This document shows positions 9,716-20,193 of a DNA stretch of 64,000 nucleotides, one piece after another (within the stretch, counting starts at the first letter, position 1; each line of letters opens with the position of its first letter). The translations under genes and the position numbers were made by a program. This stretch comes from an uncultured Nitrososphaerota archaeon (GTDB taxonomy: Archaea > Thermoproteota > Nitrososphaeria > Nitrososphaerales > Nitrosopumilaceae). Under the pieces are notes generated by a model that was not told the origin of the DNA, did not search any database, and saw only the letters and a program-made list of their open reading frames with translations. The DNA is taken from NCBI GenBank assembly GCA_963824385.1, contig CAWGPD010000004.1, positions 128,001 through 192,000 of the forward strand, read 5' to 3'.

Positions 9716-10453
9716 CTACTTTGGTCTCTTGGCGATATTGTCTTTTGCCTTGGAAGCAAATTGTTCAATATCTTTCTCAGATGTTCTTGTTAGCATTTTT
9801 GTAGCAGTGGGAATTTGAGCCATCTTGATGTGTTTTACACCTTCTTTTTCTTCGCTTACTAGATAGATTGATTCTATTGCCATGGCTGCTGCTTCTTCAA
9901 CTGACATGTCTTTCTTGTAATTCTTTTCTAGAAATTCGGTAACTTGATCTGCACCTGCACCAATTGCTACTGCATCATATGAGATGTATGTGCCACTGGG
10001 GTCAGTAAGATATATCGTGCTACCACTTTTGTCAATTCCTGCAATTATGAGTGCGACACCAAATGGTCTGACACCTGCATATTGAGTATATTGCTGTGCT
10101 TGATCTGCCAAGTGTTTTGCAACTGCTTCTACTTCAATTGGTTCGTCATATATCATTCTGTTACTCTGTGAAAAGAATCTGGCATTGTCAACTTGTGATC
10201 TTGCATCTGGAATGTAGCCTGCTGCTGCAACTCCAATGTGATCATCTACTTGGAATATTTTTTGAGTGATATCAGAATTTTGTAATTTTCGTGGTTTTTC
10301 TTCTACTGCAAGTATGATTCCATCTTTGCTCTTGACACCTATTGCAAGAGTGCCTCTTCGTACTGTCTCTATTGCATATTCAACTTGATAAAGTCTACCA
10401 TCAGGCGAAAAGACTGTAATTGCTCTATCATAACCCGCAGCTGCTGGAAGCAT
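9716..10453 (-). CDS. psmA: 20S proteasome alpha subunit
   Basis: GYDRAITVFSPDGRLYQVEYA signature; RPFGVALIIAG. Confidence 0.97.
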   Translation of the reverse strand: MLPAAAGYDRAITVFSPDGRLYQVEYAIETVRRGTLAIGVKSKDGIILAVEEKPRKLQNSDITQKIFQVDDHIGVAAAGYIPDARSQVDNARFFSQSNRMIYDEPIEVEAVAKHLADQAQQYTQYAGVRPFGVALIIAGIDKSGSTIYLTDPSGTYISYDAVAIGAGADQVTEFLEKNYKKDMSVEEAAAMAIESIYLVSEEKEGVKHIKMAQIPTATKMLTRTSEKDIEQFASKAKDNIAKRPK

Positions 10454-10504
10454 TTCAAATTTCATCCTTTGAAGGTTTAATTTAAGTTTATACAACTTGA
10501 GAAC

Positions 10505-10921
10505 ATGCGTTTTGAGATCTCATTTCGCGGTCACAAAAATGTAAGATCACTTCATCCAAAATCAATTGAGATAACAACTCAATCAGAACTTACAGTAAAT
10601 GGAGATTGCATAGTAGGTGTTAGTGCATCGTGCGGTTGCCTTGGAATTCCAGATGAAATGAAAACAATGTTGAAAAAACCTCAATCAGAGGTTACATGTA
10701 CTATACTAGTTGGAGACTTTTCATTCAAAGTAAAAGGTAGAGGCAGCGAAAAACTTAGTTTGACAAACCCGCATGATATTGTGATTAGAAAAAGCAATTT
10801 CACATGCCCGAGAACTTTGTCAATTGGATGCGATACTGCATCAGATTCAATTCCACGACAAATAGTAGATGCTTTACAAAATCCTGATACTGTTGGAATT
10901 TTCAGAATAGAAATAAAATAA
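10505..10921 (+). CDS. DUF371 family protein
   Basis: GHKNVRSLH..SIEIT..LT.NGDCIVGV; IVIRKSNF...RTL. Confidence 0.88.
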   Translation: MRFEISFRGHKNVRSLHPKSIEITTQSELTVNGDCIVGVSASCGCLGIPDEMKTMLKKPQSEVTCTILVGDFSFKVKGRGSEKLSLTNPHDIVIRKSNFTCPRTLSIGCDTASDSIPRQIVDALQNPDTVGIFRIEIK

Positions 10922-10926
10922 AAAAT

Positions 10927-11463
10927 TTATTTCTGAAGATGTAGTGAAGAGTTACTTTCAAACACCTTAGTCATTGCGCGATTAACTATTTCCATCACAA
11001 CATGTTCTTCATAATTTGATTCTAGAGAAGTATTTTTTGGACTTTTTTTCTTTATTTTAGAACCTACATTTTCAGAGATGTTTTTCATAACCTTCTCCAA
11101 TTTTACAGATGTTTCTGTAATCATCTTTGAGAATTCAGTTTCAAAGTTGGCTGGAAGTTTGTTGCCCATCAATCTAACTGATGTTCCATAATATTTTAGA
11201 ACAGCACCTCGCACTTCTTCCATTTTTACAATTTCAATTAGCCCTGCATTTTTTAAAACATCGATATGATGTCTTATTGTAGTGGTTGCTTTTTTGTATC
11301 CCATTTTGTTTAATTCTTCTACGATTTGTTCTGTTGGAAGTTGCTTGTGGTATAGAATCTGGAGAATTTTAATTCGCGCAGTATCATCAAGTGCTTTTGC
11401 TTGGTCTGCATTAGTAGTGAGTATCTTGTTTATTTTTAGTTCTTTTTGTAATAGTGTGGACAT
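10927..11463 (-). CDS. ArsR-type winged helix transcriptional regulator
   Basis: AKALDDTARIKILQIL...TIRHHIDVLKNAGLIEI. Confidence 0.85.
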   Translation of the reverse strand: MSTLLQKELKINKILTTNADQAKALDDTARIKILQILYHKQLPTEQIVEELNKMGYKKATTTIRHHIDVLKNAGLIEIVKMEEVRGAVLKYYGTSVRLMGNKLPANFETEFSKMITETSVKLEKVMKNISENVGSKIKKKSPKNTSLESNYEEHVVMEIVNRAMTKVFESNSSLHLQK

Positions 11464-11675
11464 ATTCTGACTTCATCTTTTCTAGTAATCCTAAAAGATC
11501 AAGAGATCATATTTTTTTGTCTATTACGTAATTTTATTTTATGTTCCATGTTTGATCAATCCGTCGGAATATTTCTAGTCACAATACAATACACGACAGA
11601 ACATACCGATGCACATCATAGCGCAAGTATCAAATCAATAACAGTTGTACCAATATCATACCGTTATCATCATTA

Positions 11676-11689
11676 TTGTACCGGTACAA
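11676..11689. promoter_or_regulatory. perfect 14-bp palindrome TTGTACCGGTACAA (candidate operator)
   Basis: Exact palindrome, with an extra TTGTACC half-site at 11645-11651, upstream of the ArsR gene. Confidence 0.45.
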
Positions 11690-11800
11690 AAAATACTAAA
11701 AATTTTAAAAAAAGATAAAATTTGGAAAAAATGTTTCCCCTGTGGGTCAAATGTGCGACAGGAAGGAAGAATGTAGAAGAGCTTGAATTTAAAATTCGAG

Positions 11801-12640
11801 TTAAAACTTGATTCCAGTTATCTTTTCATACGCTATAATGTATCTTGACGACAATTCGTTGCACAATGCATCAGACAATTGTGGTGCAATAGGTTCTTTT
11901 CCCTCGTTTCTATCGTCTTCAAACTTTTTTTGATATCCGTTTGCTGCAAGCCAGTCACGTAAGAGTTGCTTGTCAAAACTTTCTTGAATCTTTCCAACAC
12001 AGTAAGACTCCTTTGGCCAGAGGCGGTATTCATCAGGTCCAATAGAGTCACCAAGTACAATATCATCCCCTATCTTCCCAAATTCTAATTTCAAGTCAGC
12101 CAGTACAAATCCTGCTGCATCAGCTGCCTTGAACATTTGTTGATAAATCTCAAGGGATGTCTTTTCAAGCCATTCAAATTCATTTTTAGTTACAAGGCCC
12201 TTGTCAATTGCATCTTGTTTTGATATTGGAACATCATGGGTTTCAGATTTTGTGGTAGGATCAAATATTGGAAGTGGTAGTTTTGCGGCAAGTTCTGGAA
12301 TTGAGCCATCTGGTAACTTGGCCTTACCATCTTTCCATCTGTGTACAAGACTTCCATAAAAATACCCCCTAACAACACATTCAATTGGAATCATTTGCAT
12401 TTTTTTAACAACAATTTTGTCATTGCCCTCTGTTCTGACATAGTGGTTTTTGATGGGTAGTTTTTTGAACCAGAATTCAGCAAACCTGCACAGCACCTCA
12501 CCTTTTTTAGGAATTGGAGTTGGAAATTTTACATCAAATGCAGATACCCTGTCTGAGAAATGAAATAAGATATTCCCATCAGGAAGCTCGTAAATGTCCT
12601 TTACCTTGCCTGAGCGTAAAAACTTCAAACAGGCGGTCAT
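11801..12640 (-). CDS. purC: SAICAR synthetase
   Basis: SGKVKDIY, SDRVSAFD, PIECVVRGY, LADLKLEFG, SFDKQ motifs. Confidence 0.96.
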   Translation of the reverse strand: MTACLKFLRSGKVKDIYELPDGNILFHFSDRVSAFDVKFPTPIPKKGEVLCRFAEFWFKKLPIKNHYVRTEGNDKIVVKKMQMIPIECVVRGYFYGSLVHRWKDGKAKLPDGSIPELAAKLPLPIFDPTTKSETHDVPISKQDAIDKGLVTKNEFEWLEKTSLEIYQQMFKAADAAGFVLADLKLEFGKIGDDIVLGDSIGPDEYRLWPKESYCVGKIQESFDKQLLRDWLAANGYQKKFEDDRNEGKEPIAPQLSDALCNELSSRYIIAYEKITGIKF

Positions 12641-12694
12641 TGAACTGGCTTGGATTTAAACTGATATACCGTTTAGAGTTTAGATAGAAATTAC

Positions 12695-12940
12695 TCATTT
12701 AGTAGGTTTGCCAGCAAGTGCAGGCAGAGTAGTAGTTGAGAGAACATTTGGCACAAGACGGATTTTTTTGGTAACTATTTTATCAAGTTCTGCTCTTGTA
12801 TTGGCTTGAACTTTGACAAATATATCATACTGGCCAAATGTTCCTGTGGCTTCCTTTACTCCATCAATTTTGAGAATATCATTCATGACATCCATCTCAT
12901 GTCCCATCTTGCTTTTTACCAAGACAAATGATAGTTCCAT
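12695..12940 (-). CDS. stand-alone Lrp/AsnC ligand-binding (RAM) domain protein
   Basis: MELSFVLVK...GVKEA..TFGQYDIFVKV...KIR.VPNVLST.TL. Confidence 0.85.
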   Translation of the reverse strand: MELSFVLVKSKMGHEMDVMNDILKIDGVKEATGTFGQYDIFVKVQANTRAELDKIVTKKIRLVPNVLSTTTLPALAGKPTK

Positions 12941-12941
12941 A

Positions 12942-14377
12942 TTATTCCCCTTTGATTTCTGCCCGGGTTTTAAACATAGGCTTGATTCCCAGTGTGGAAT
13001 AATCTCCGCTTGAACATGTAAAACACATAGAGTCATGCTCCATTCCAACTGCAGCCGCCAAGTTCTTTGCATCATTATACCCAAGAAAGTCAGCCCCAAT
13101 GAGTTGTCTTACTTTTTCTGTAATCTCATCTTCTGTGTATTTCTTGCCGTCTCCCATGAATGTCACAAGTTCGTCTTGTGAGGGAAAGTCAATTCCCGCA
13201 TAACAAGGGAATTGAATTTGTGGAAATGTAATTACCATGCTTATCTTTTTTGCACCAGCTCTCGCAATGCCTTGATGATTGCCTTTGAGCTGGTTCCTCT
13301 AACAAGGCTGTCATCTACAACAACCACATGTTTTCCAGAAATTACTTGGGTGATTGGAATTATCCATCGGTTTATCTCTACTCGGTCTGCTTGATGTGGT
13401 TCAATGAAACTGCGCAGGGGTCCTTTTCTACTGTATCTATCCTTGAGTAGCCCTTCTTCAAATGGAACCCCAAGCTCTTGGGCATACCCCAAGGCAGCAG
13501 GTCTTGCAGAATCTGGAACTGGAATTACAATGTCAGCATCTTTTATTGCAAACTTGCGGGCAAGAAATTGTCCAATTCTTTTTCGTGCCAAGTAAATGTT
13601 AGAGCCCTCCATCACACTTGATGGATGTGCAAAATAAGTAAATTCAAAAGAGCAGTGAGCTGGCTTTTTTACTTCGGAAAACATTTCGGATTCCATTCCA
13701 GCATTACTAATCTTGATTAGTTCTCCAGGTTTTACATCTCGGACAAGTTGTGCCCCCACTGCAGAAAGTGCAGCCGACTCGGAAGCAACAATGTAAGTGT
13801 TATTGTCTTTTCTATAACCAAGAACCATTGGTCGAAAACCTTTTGGATCACGTGCTGCATAAATTGCATTATCGTCAGATACAAATGTAAAGCAAAACGA
13901 GCCAACCATTTCATTTTTCAAAATAGATAATGCATTTCCAAGTTTTCCATTATCGGCCATCAATGTAACAAGCCTCTGAGCAGCAACAAGTGTATCACTT
14001 ACATTTTGTGGAGTAAATGTACACCCACCAACCATTCCAGTTAGTTCCTCTACATTTGATATTGTGCCATTATGAGCAATGCATAGATCCTTTACTTTAA
14101 GCGGTTGTGCGTTTTCGAGGTTACTTTTACCCATAGTAGAATACCTGACATGTCCTATTGCCGCAGGAGATATGTAATCACGTGTAAGTTTATCAAATTC
14201 AGTTATGGCTGAAGATACAAGCCCCAGTTGTTTGTATGGCTGTTTCTTTGGTATTGCAACCCCCCATGCTTCTTGACCTCTATGCTGAAGTGCCCTTAGT
14301 GAATCAATTATCATCGGAATTACGTTTGCGCCATCCAAGCTAAAAATTCCAACTACTCCACAGTTTTCTTTAACCAT
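12942..14377 (-). CDS. purF: amidophosphoribosyltransferase (1-nt deletion near 13262)
   Basis: ENCGVVG, LQHRGQE, GHVRYST, PRPP motif VVVDDSLVRGTS; C-terminal FPCYAGIDFP and CFTC in the next frame. Confidence 0.95.
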
Positions 14378-16535
14378 GTGTTACAAGCGCCTCCAACGAG
14401 TTTAACCATTTTTCTTGTGCTTTATCAACCCTTATGCAAGTAACAATTTTTGATTTTTCTTTGAATGTCATACTTTTACCAGAAAAATTACCAATACGTG
14501 CATGTGTTATTCCTTTTTTTTCAAGAAGTGACATTACTTTCTTTTCATCTTGTTTGGATATTACAAGTAAAAATCTAGAGTGGGATTCAGAGAACAATAG
14601 CTCGTCTAGTCGTAATTTATCTGATGGAATTTTTTCAATAGATATCAAACATCCAATTTCATTTGAGATGCATAGTTTTGATATTCCTACTCCAAGTCCT
14701 CCCTTGGAACAATCATGTGCAATTTTTACAATACCCTGGTGTATTAGTTCCAAGACAGCATCTTGAATTTTCTTGGACGATTTCATATCAACCACAGGAC
14801 ACTTTCCACCAATTACTCCATGTATGTATTCATAATATTCAGAACCGCCAAGTTCGTCTTTTGTCACACCCAAAATTATCAAAAGATCACCATTTTCAAT
14901 TTTCTTTGGAATCAAAGGTTTTCCTTCATTTAGGCCAAGAACTCCAATAAGCGGAGTTGGCTTGATTGGTCCCTCATCAGTCTCATTGTATAGACTCACT
15001 TTGCCTCCAACACAAGGAATTTCAAAATATTTTGCATAATCAGTTATAGCCAGAACTGATTCCTTGAATGTCCAAAATATTTCAGGATCTTCTGGATTTC
15101 CAAACTGGAGATGATCAACCATTCCAATAGGTTTTGCTCCAGTACAGATTACATTTCTACAGGCCTCATCAAAGCATCCAATCACACCCTCCCTCGGATT
15201 TATGTAACAGTGCTTTGAATTTCCATCAATTTTTACAGATAGGAACTTGCCGTTGTCTAGTCGAAGAGAGGCACCATCGCTGCCAGGTTTTACAACTGTT
15301 CGTATACCTACCTCATGGTCATATTGAGTATAGACCCAGTGTTTGCTTGCAATGTTGGGATTTGAGAGCATCTTCAAAAGTGTCTTTGAGATATCAGTTG
15401 GCATTTTGGGTTTTTTGACTTGTCCAAGTGCACTTAGATATTTTGGTTTAGATGATGGCCTGTCAAGAAGTGGTGCATTTGCAACAATTTGACTTGGAAG
15501 TTTTGCAATGGTATCTTTGTCTAGTTTTACTTGCATGATCTTGTCTTCATGAACTCTTCCAATAACAGAATATGGCACTCGGAATTTTTCACATATTTTT
15601 TTAAGCGTTGCAAGTTTTGCAAGATCAGTGATAACAAGCATCCTTTCCTGGGATTCAGATACCATCAGTTCAGATGGCGACATGTTTTGTTCCCTCTTGT
15701 GAACAAGTGACAAGTCAATCTCAATTCCTACACCAAGTGCATCCGCAGTTTCAGATATTGCACATGATAAACCTCCTCCTCCGAGGTCTTTCATTGCCTT
15801 GATGCATTTTTGATTCCTTGCCTCCAAAATTACTTCGATTACTAGTTTTTCAATAAAAGGATCTGGTATCTGCACCGCTGAGCGATTCTCTGCATCAAGA
15901 CTATCAGAGGCAAACTGGGAGCCACCAATTCCATCTCGTCCAGTAGAGCCCCCAATTAGAACAACATAGTCTCCCTTTTGAGCCCTATTTTTTATGAGAT
16001 TTTCTTTTTTGCCAAACCCAATTGCTGCTACATCCACTAGAGCATAATTTGTAAAACACTTGTCAAATTCTATCTCGCCACCTACTGTTGGAATGCCAAG
16101 ACAGTTACCATAATCTGCAATTCCCCTTACAGCATTTTTGAATAGCCATCTTGCATGAGTATCTTTTTCGATATTTCCAAATCGCAGTCCATCCAAAATT
16201 GCAATTGGTCGAGTTCCTGCAGATAGTATATCACGAATTACTCCACCAACACCAGTTGCAGCTCCACCATATGGTTCCACTGCAGATGGGTGATTATGAC
16301 TTTCAATATGCACAGTAACAATATATCCATCTCCTACATCCAAAACACCCGAATCATATCCAGGACCAGATATGACACGTTTTCCTTCCTTTGGCAAGAT
16401 CTTGAGATGTTTTTTTGAGGACTTGTAGGAGCAGTGCTCAGACCATTCAGCTGCTACAATCTGAAATTCCAAGGGGTTTGGCTTTCGGCCTATCTTTTCT
16501 TCAAGATATTGAGACTCTTGTGGAGTCAGACTCAT
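14370..16535 (-). CDS. purL: FGAM synthase subunit PurL
   Basis: WSEHCSYKSS, ESHNHPSAVEPYGGAATGVGG, SESQERM, QYDHEVG motifs. Confidence 0.97.
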   Translation of the reverse strand: MSLTPQESQYLEEKIGRKPNPLEFQIVAAEWSEHCSYKSSKKHLKILPKEGKRVISGPGYDSGVLDVGDGYIVTVHIESHNHPSAVEPYGGAATGVGGVIRDILSAGTRPIAILDGLRFGNIEKDTHARWLFKNAVRGIADYGNCLGIPTVGGEIEFDKCFTNYALVDVAAIGFGKKENLIKNRAQKGDYVVLIGGSTGRDGIGGSQFASDSLDAENRSAVQIPDPFIEKLVIEVILEARNQKCIKAMKDLGGGGLSCAISETADALGVGIEIDLSLVHKREQNMSPSELMVSESQERMLVITDLAKLATLKKICEKFRVPYSVIGRVHEDKIMQVKLDKDTIAKLPSQIVANAPLLDRPSSKPKYLSALGQVKKPKMPTDISKTLLKMLSNPNIASKHWVYTQYDHEVGIRTVVKPGSDGASLRLDNGKFLSVKIDGNSKHCYINPREGVIGCFDEACRNVICTGAKPIGMVDHLQFGNPEDPEIFWTFKESVLAITDYAKYFEIPCVGGKVSLYNETDEGPIKPTPLIGVLGLNEGKPLIPKKIENGDLLIILGVTKDELGGSEYYEYIHGVIGGKCPVVDMKSSKKIQDAVLELIHQGIVKIAHDCSKGGLGVGISKLCISNEIGCLISIEKIPSDKLRLDELLFSESHSRFLLVISKQDEKKVMSLLEKKGITHARIGNFSGKSMTFKEKSKIVTCIRVDKAQEKWLNSLEALVTHG

Positions 16536-17221
16536 GCTACTACGCCCAATGTGTTTAGAAGCGATTCAAAGATTAATGATGCAGGCTTTGCGTTTTTTGG
16601 ATTTATAATTTGTTCAGCAGACCTTTCAGGATGTGGCATCATACCAACCACATTTCCTGCCTTGTTACATATTCCAGCTATGTCAAGAGATGCGCCGTTA
16701 ACGTCTTCGGCATAAGTAAAGACAATTTGATTATTTTTCTTTAAAGATTTCAGAGTTGCATCATCTGCATAGTATCTTCCCTCCCCATTTGCTATGGCAA
16801 TAGGGATTCGCTGATTTAGTTTGAATTTGTTTGTAAATGGAGTCGTATTGTTTTTTACAATTATCTCAGTCCACTTGCACATAAAATTAAGAGAGGTATT
16901 TTTGAGAAGAGCTCCTGGTAGAAGACCAGATTCTACTAGTATCTGAAAACCATTACACACGCCAAGAACAGGCATGCCTTTCTCTGCCATCTTTTTGACA
17001 TCTTTTATGACAGGGCTATGAGCTGCAATTACCCCTGCTCGTAGTCTATCGCCATACGAGAACCCACCTGGTAATACAATAGCATCAATGTTCTTTGGCA
17101 ACTCATCAGTATGCCATACAAGTTGTGATTGAAGATGAAAAACATCTGTTAGAACATGGTGCATATCTCGATCGCAATTACTACCAGGGAAGACTATTAC
17201 TGCAACCTTCACATCCTTCAT
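16532..17221 (-). CDS. purQ: FGAM synthase glutaminase subunit PurQ
   Basis: FPGSNCD, PGGFSYGD, GVCNGFQIL, GMMPHPER motifs. Confidence 0.97.
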   Translation of the reverse strand: MKDVKVAVIVFPGSNCDRDMHHVLTDVFHLQSQLVWHTDELPKNIDAIVLPGGFSYGDRLRAGVIAAHSPVIKDVKKMAEKGMPVLGVCNGFQILVESGLLPGALLKNTSLNFMCKWTEIIVKNNTTPFTNKFKLNQRIPIAIANGEGRYYADDATLKSLKKNNQIVFTYAEDVNGASLDIAGICNKAGNVVGMMPHPERSAEQIINPKNAKPASLIFESLLNTLGVVA

Positions 17222-17383
17222 TATCTTTTAGAGATATTAAATTGAATCGGCAATAATTTTTTTAAAACTAATTTGCGATTATATCATCCTACAGACTGGT
17301 TGATCGCATATTTGATGCAGCGATCATGTCTGGATGTATTTGCGTCCTTATCGTTTTATTACAGCAATAGTTCCCAAGAACAG

Positions 17384-17983
17384 ATGTTAAAGTTAGGAAC
17401 TCCGCCTCCTGTTACCACATCTCTTGTAATCATAAATACAGCAATTTTTGCATACGGAGTTCTAAGTAATACCCAGAATGCAATAATTTCCAATTATGGG
17501 TTTGTTCCAAATGGCTTGTTCAAGGATGGCTATCTCCTGGATGGCATTTTGAGAATGTTTACATCAATGTTCATCCATGCAGGAATTGCCCATATTGCAT
17601 TTAACCTGTTTGCACTGGCATACATGGGAGGATATGGAGAGAGGTCAATAGGCAAACGAAAGTTTATCTCAATTTACATAATTGCAGGACTTGGCGGAGC
17701 ACTATTTCATGGAGTTATTGCGTCATACATACTAGGAAACGGAGATTCTGTACTCATTGGGGCATCAGGTGCAATCTCTGGCGTTCTTGGAATCTCAGCA
17801 GCGATGGGAGATATCAGAGGATATTACTGGCTTGCAATCCAAGTGCTTTACGTATTCATCGGTTCTGTCACATCACTTACTATAGCATTTGCAGCTCATG
17901 TTGGTGGATTTATTGTAGGACTTGTACTGACAAAATTACTCATCAACCTTGAACGTCGCAAGAGAAACTTGTACAGAATTTGA
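17384..17983 (+). CDS. rhomboid family intramembrane serine protease
   Basis: TSMFIHAG..HI..N, GASGAISG (catalytic Ser), AHVGGF (catalytic His). Confidence 0.92.
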   Translation: MLKLGTPPPVTTSLVIINTAIFAYGVLSNTQNAIISNYGFVPNGLFKDGYLLDGILRMFTSMFIHAGIAHIAFNLFALAYMGGYGERSIGKRKFISIYIIAGLGGALFHGVIASYILGNGDSVLIGASGAISGVLGISAAMGDIRGYYWLAIQVLYVFIGSVTSLTIAFAAHVGGFIVGLVLTKLLINLERRKRNLYRI

Positions 17984-18122
17984 GTTGATTTAATTTTCTA
18001 GTTTTTTATCAAATTATAGAATAAAATTAAAAAAAATACAAATCTTGTAAAAGACACTTTCATTTGGTTTTATTTTAGAAAGGTAGAATCGTTTTTATGC
18101 TAATATTTGGAGCTGCTCAGCT

Positions 18123-18563
18123 ATGGGACTAGTTCGCGATATAATGATTCGCTCGGTAATAACTATAGACCATGACAAGACTGCAAAAGATGTTGCATTG
18201 CTTTTTGCAGAAAAGGCAATAAGTTCCCTTGTCGTTGTAAAGGACGACAAGCCAATTGGACTTGTAACCGAAAGAGATCTTGCCCGCAAAGTCTCAACAA
18301 CTGATAGAAAAAGCATCGAAGTTCCCCTATCAGAGATAATGTCGGCCAACTTTAGATGGGTAGAGCCAATGACTCCAATAGAGGACGCGGTTCAAAAGAT
18401 GCTAAACAAGAATGTCCGAAGATTGCTGGTATTAGAAAACGACAAGCTAGTAGGAATTATAACAGAGACTGACCTTGCAAAATACTTGCGTAGTAAGTTG
18501 TTAATCGAGGGGGCAGTAGATGATGTCACGGCTCTTAACAGAAAAGTAGTAAAAACAGGTTAG
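18123..18563 (+). CDS. CBS-pair protein
   Basis: VRDIM, GLVTERDL, GIITETDL motifs. Confidence 0.9.
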   Translation: MGLVRDIMIRSVITIDHDKTAKDVALLFAEKAISSLVVVKDDKPIGLVTERDLARKVSTTDRKSIEVPLSEIMSANFRWVEPMTPIEDAVQKMLNKNVRRLLVLENDKLVGIITETDLAKYLRSKLLIEGAVDDVTALNRKVVKTG

Positions 18564-18820
18564 ACTTTTAGAGTCTCAACTGAGACCTTGCTCACAAGTG
18601 GATTGTATATTCTAAATTCATTGCATGCATCCAAGACAGATTTTTCGGCAGATTCCTTGCTTTTTGCATCAATTACAAATCGAAGCATCTTGGCAGAACG
18701 GACCTTTTTGATAGTTGTTTTTTTGTCCTTTAAAATCAGGTCGTTTAAAATTGTATCACCCTCAGGGTCTACAATTTCAGGCTTATTTTCAATTATTACA
18801 TTGACTTTAAAGGAAGGCAT
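18560..18820 (-). CDS. purS: FGAM synthase subunit PurS
   Basis: KPEIVDPEG.TI, NPLVS motifs; near purQL. Confidence 0.9.
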   Translation of the reverse strand: MPSFKVNVIIENKPEIVDPEGDTILNDLILKDKKTTIKKVRSAKMLRFVIDAKSKESAEKSVLDACNEFRIYNPLVSKVSVETLKV

Positions 18821-18868
18821 AAAATGCGTTCAGCTATAATCAATTTAAGCTTTGAGAAGTCTGTGAAA

Positions 18869-19714
18869 ATGAAACCAATTTTTGATCCAATCCAATACAA
18901 AATTACTACCAAGGCAAACTGGAATACAGTAGCTCCCGAGTATCATTACAATTGGGCAGACCAAAAAATAGGACCATTCAAGTCTACTACAGAACTTGTA
19001 AAGATATCTGACATCAGACCTGATGACAAGGTATTGGATGTTGCATGTGGAACAGGTGTTGTTTCAAAAGAAATTTCACGGTGTCTAGGTCCAAAAGGCC
19101 TCTTGGTAGGAATTGATCTGTCAAGAACTGCGTTAAAGATAGCCAAGGGAACAATTACTTTCCCTAACACAAATTTTTTAGAAATGGATGCAGAAAATAT
19201 GGGATTTAATTTCAAGTTTGATAAAATCACATGCCAGTACGGGATAATGTTTTTCCCAGATTCGCACAAAGTTTTCAAGTCAATTAAAAAAATTCTAAAC
19301 CACAAAGGCATGCTGGTAGTTGCAGTGCACGGGCTGGCAGAAGACGTACCATATTTTAGTACTATAATGAAGCCCGTCCTAGAACACATTCCAGACATCA
19401 GACCTGATGGAACACCAACTGTGCACAGGTTTGGCAACCCCAAAGATTTGGAGTCAGAGTTGACAAAGGCAGGTTTTGTAAATATCAAAGTTGCAAGACA
19501 TGAATTTGTCTACAACCCAGGAACCTTTGAAGAATATTGGGAGGACTATATGCGGTCTACTGCAAACTCAATTAGAGCCAAGTTAGAAAGCCATGGAAAA
19601 GAAATCATGAATGAAATAAAACAAGATGCCAAAAATAATGCCTCAAAATATGAGAAGAATGGTAAGTTGGCATTTCCTTGGACTATACTGATTGCGTCAG
19701 GGTTTAATGACTAG
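18869..19714 (+). CDS. class I SAM-dependent methyltransferase (UbiE-like)
   Basis: VLDVACGTG, GIDLS, MDAE, FD.ITCQYGIMFFPD motifs. Confidence 0.9.
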   Translation: MKPIFDPIQYKITTKANWNTVAPEYHYNWADQKIGPFKSTTELVKISDIRPDDKVLDVACGTGVVSKEISRCLGPKGLLVGIDLSRTALKIAKGTITFPNTNFLEMDAENMGFNFKFDKITCQYGIMFFPDSHKVFKSIKKILNHKGMLVVAVHGLAEDVPYFSTIMKPVLEHIPDIRPDGTPTVHRFGNPKDLESELTKAGFVNIKVARHEFVYNPGTFEEYWEDYMRSTANSIRAKLESHGKEIMNEIKQDAKNNASKYEKNGKLAFPWTILIASGFND

Positions 19715-19717
19715 ACA

Positions 19718-20179
19718 TCATTTGATTTTTTTAGCATACGATACAAAATCAGATTCATACCAGATTGTCTGGGCCTCTTTTGCATTGTCTGTAAATATGT
19801 TAAATGCAATATGGGTAAAATTTTTGCCTTGCAGAGCACCATGCCAATGAAGAACATTTTTTGGAATAAACGCAACATCCCCCTCTTCGAGGTTTTCCTG
19901 AGATGATTTTTGTATCCTTACAGTCTCTTTTTTGATACTTGTTTTTTTGTAAATTACAAGCATTCCTTTGCCTTTTGTTACCACAAGAACCTGTCCGCCC
20001 TGATGATAATGTACCTTGGTTCTTGCACCATTATTAAAATTTGCAAGATAGACTTTTTCTCCTTTAATTTTTAGTTTAACAGAAATATCATTCAGCCACG
20101 CATTACCTACAAAATATCTTTTTTTGCTTTTGACAAGTGCTTTGTCAGATTTTAATTTGGAGATATTTAGTTTTGTCAT
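19718..20179 (-). CDS. cupin domain protein
   Basis: ARTKVHYH.GGQVLVVT.G.G and GDV..IP..V.HWHGA motifs. Confidence 0.88.
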   Translation of the reverse strand: MTKLNISKLKSDKALVKSKKRYFVGNAWLNDISVKLKIKGEKVYLANFNNGARTKVHYHQGGQVLVVTKGKGMLVIYKKTSIKKETVRIQKSSQENLEEGDVAFIPKNVLHWHGALQGKNFTHIAFNIFTDNAKEAQTIWYESDFVSYAKKIK

Positions 20180-20193
20180 TTCTATCTAACTAC

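Noticed and set aside
12941..13099. N-terminal extension of the 134-aa ORF
   Set aside because: Overlaps the purF C-terminus in another frame; the Lrp domain starts at ATG 12940
13240..13265. Programmed frameshifting in purF and other split genes
   Set aside because: No shared slippery motif, shifts go in both directions, and essential genes are affected; best explained by sequencing error
18946..19488. 180-aa antisense ORF (and many similar short overlapping ORFs)
   Set aside because: Lies opposite a well-supported gene and has no motifs
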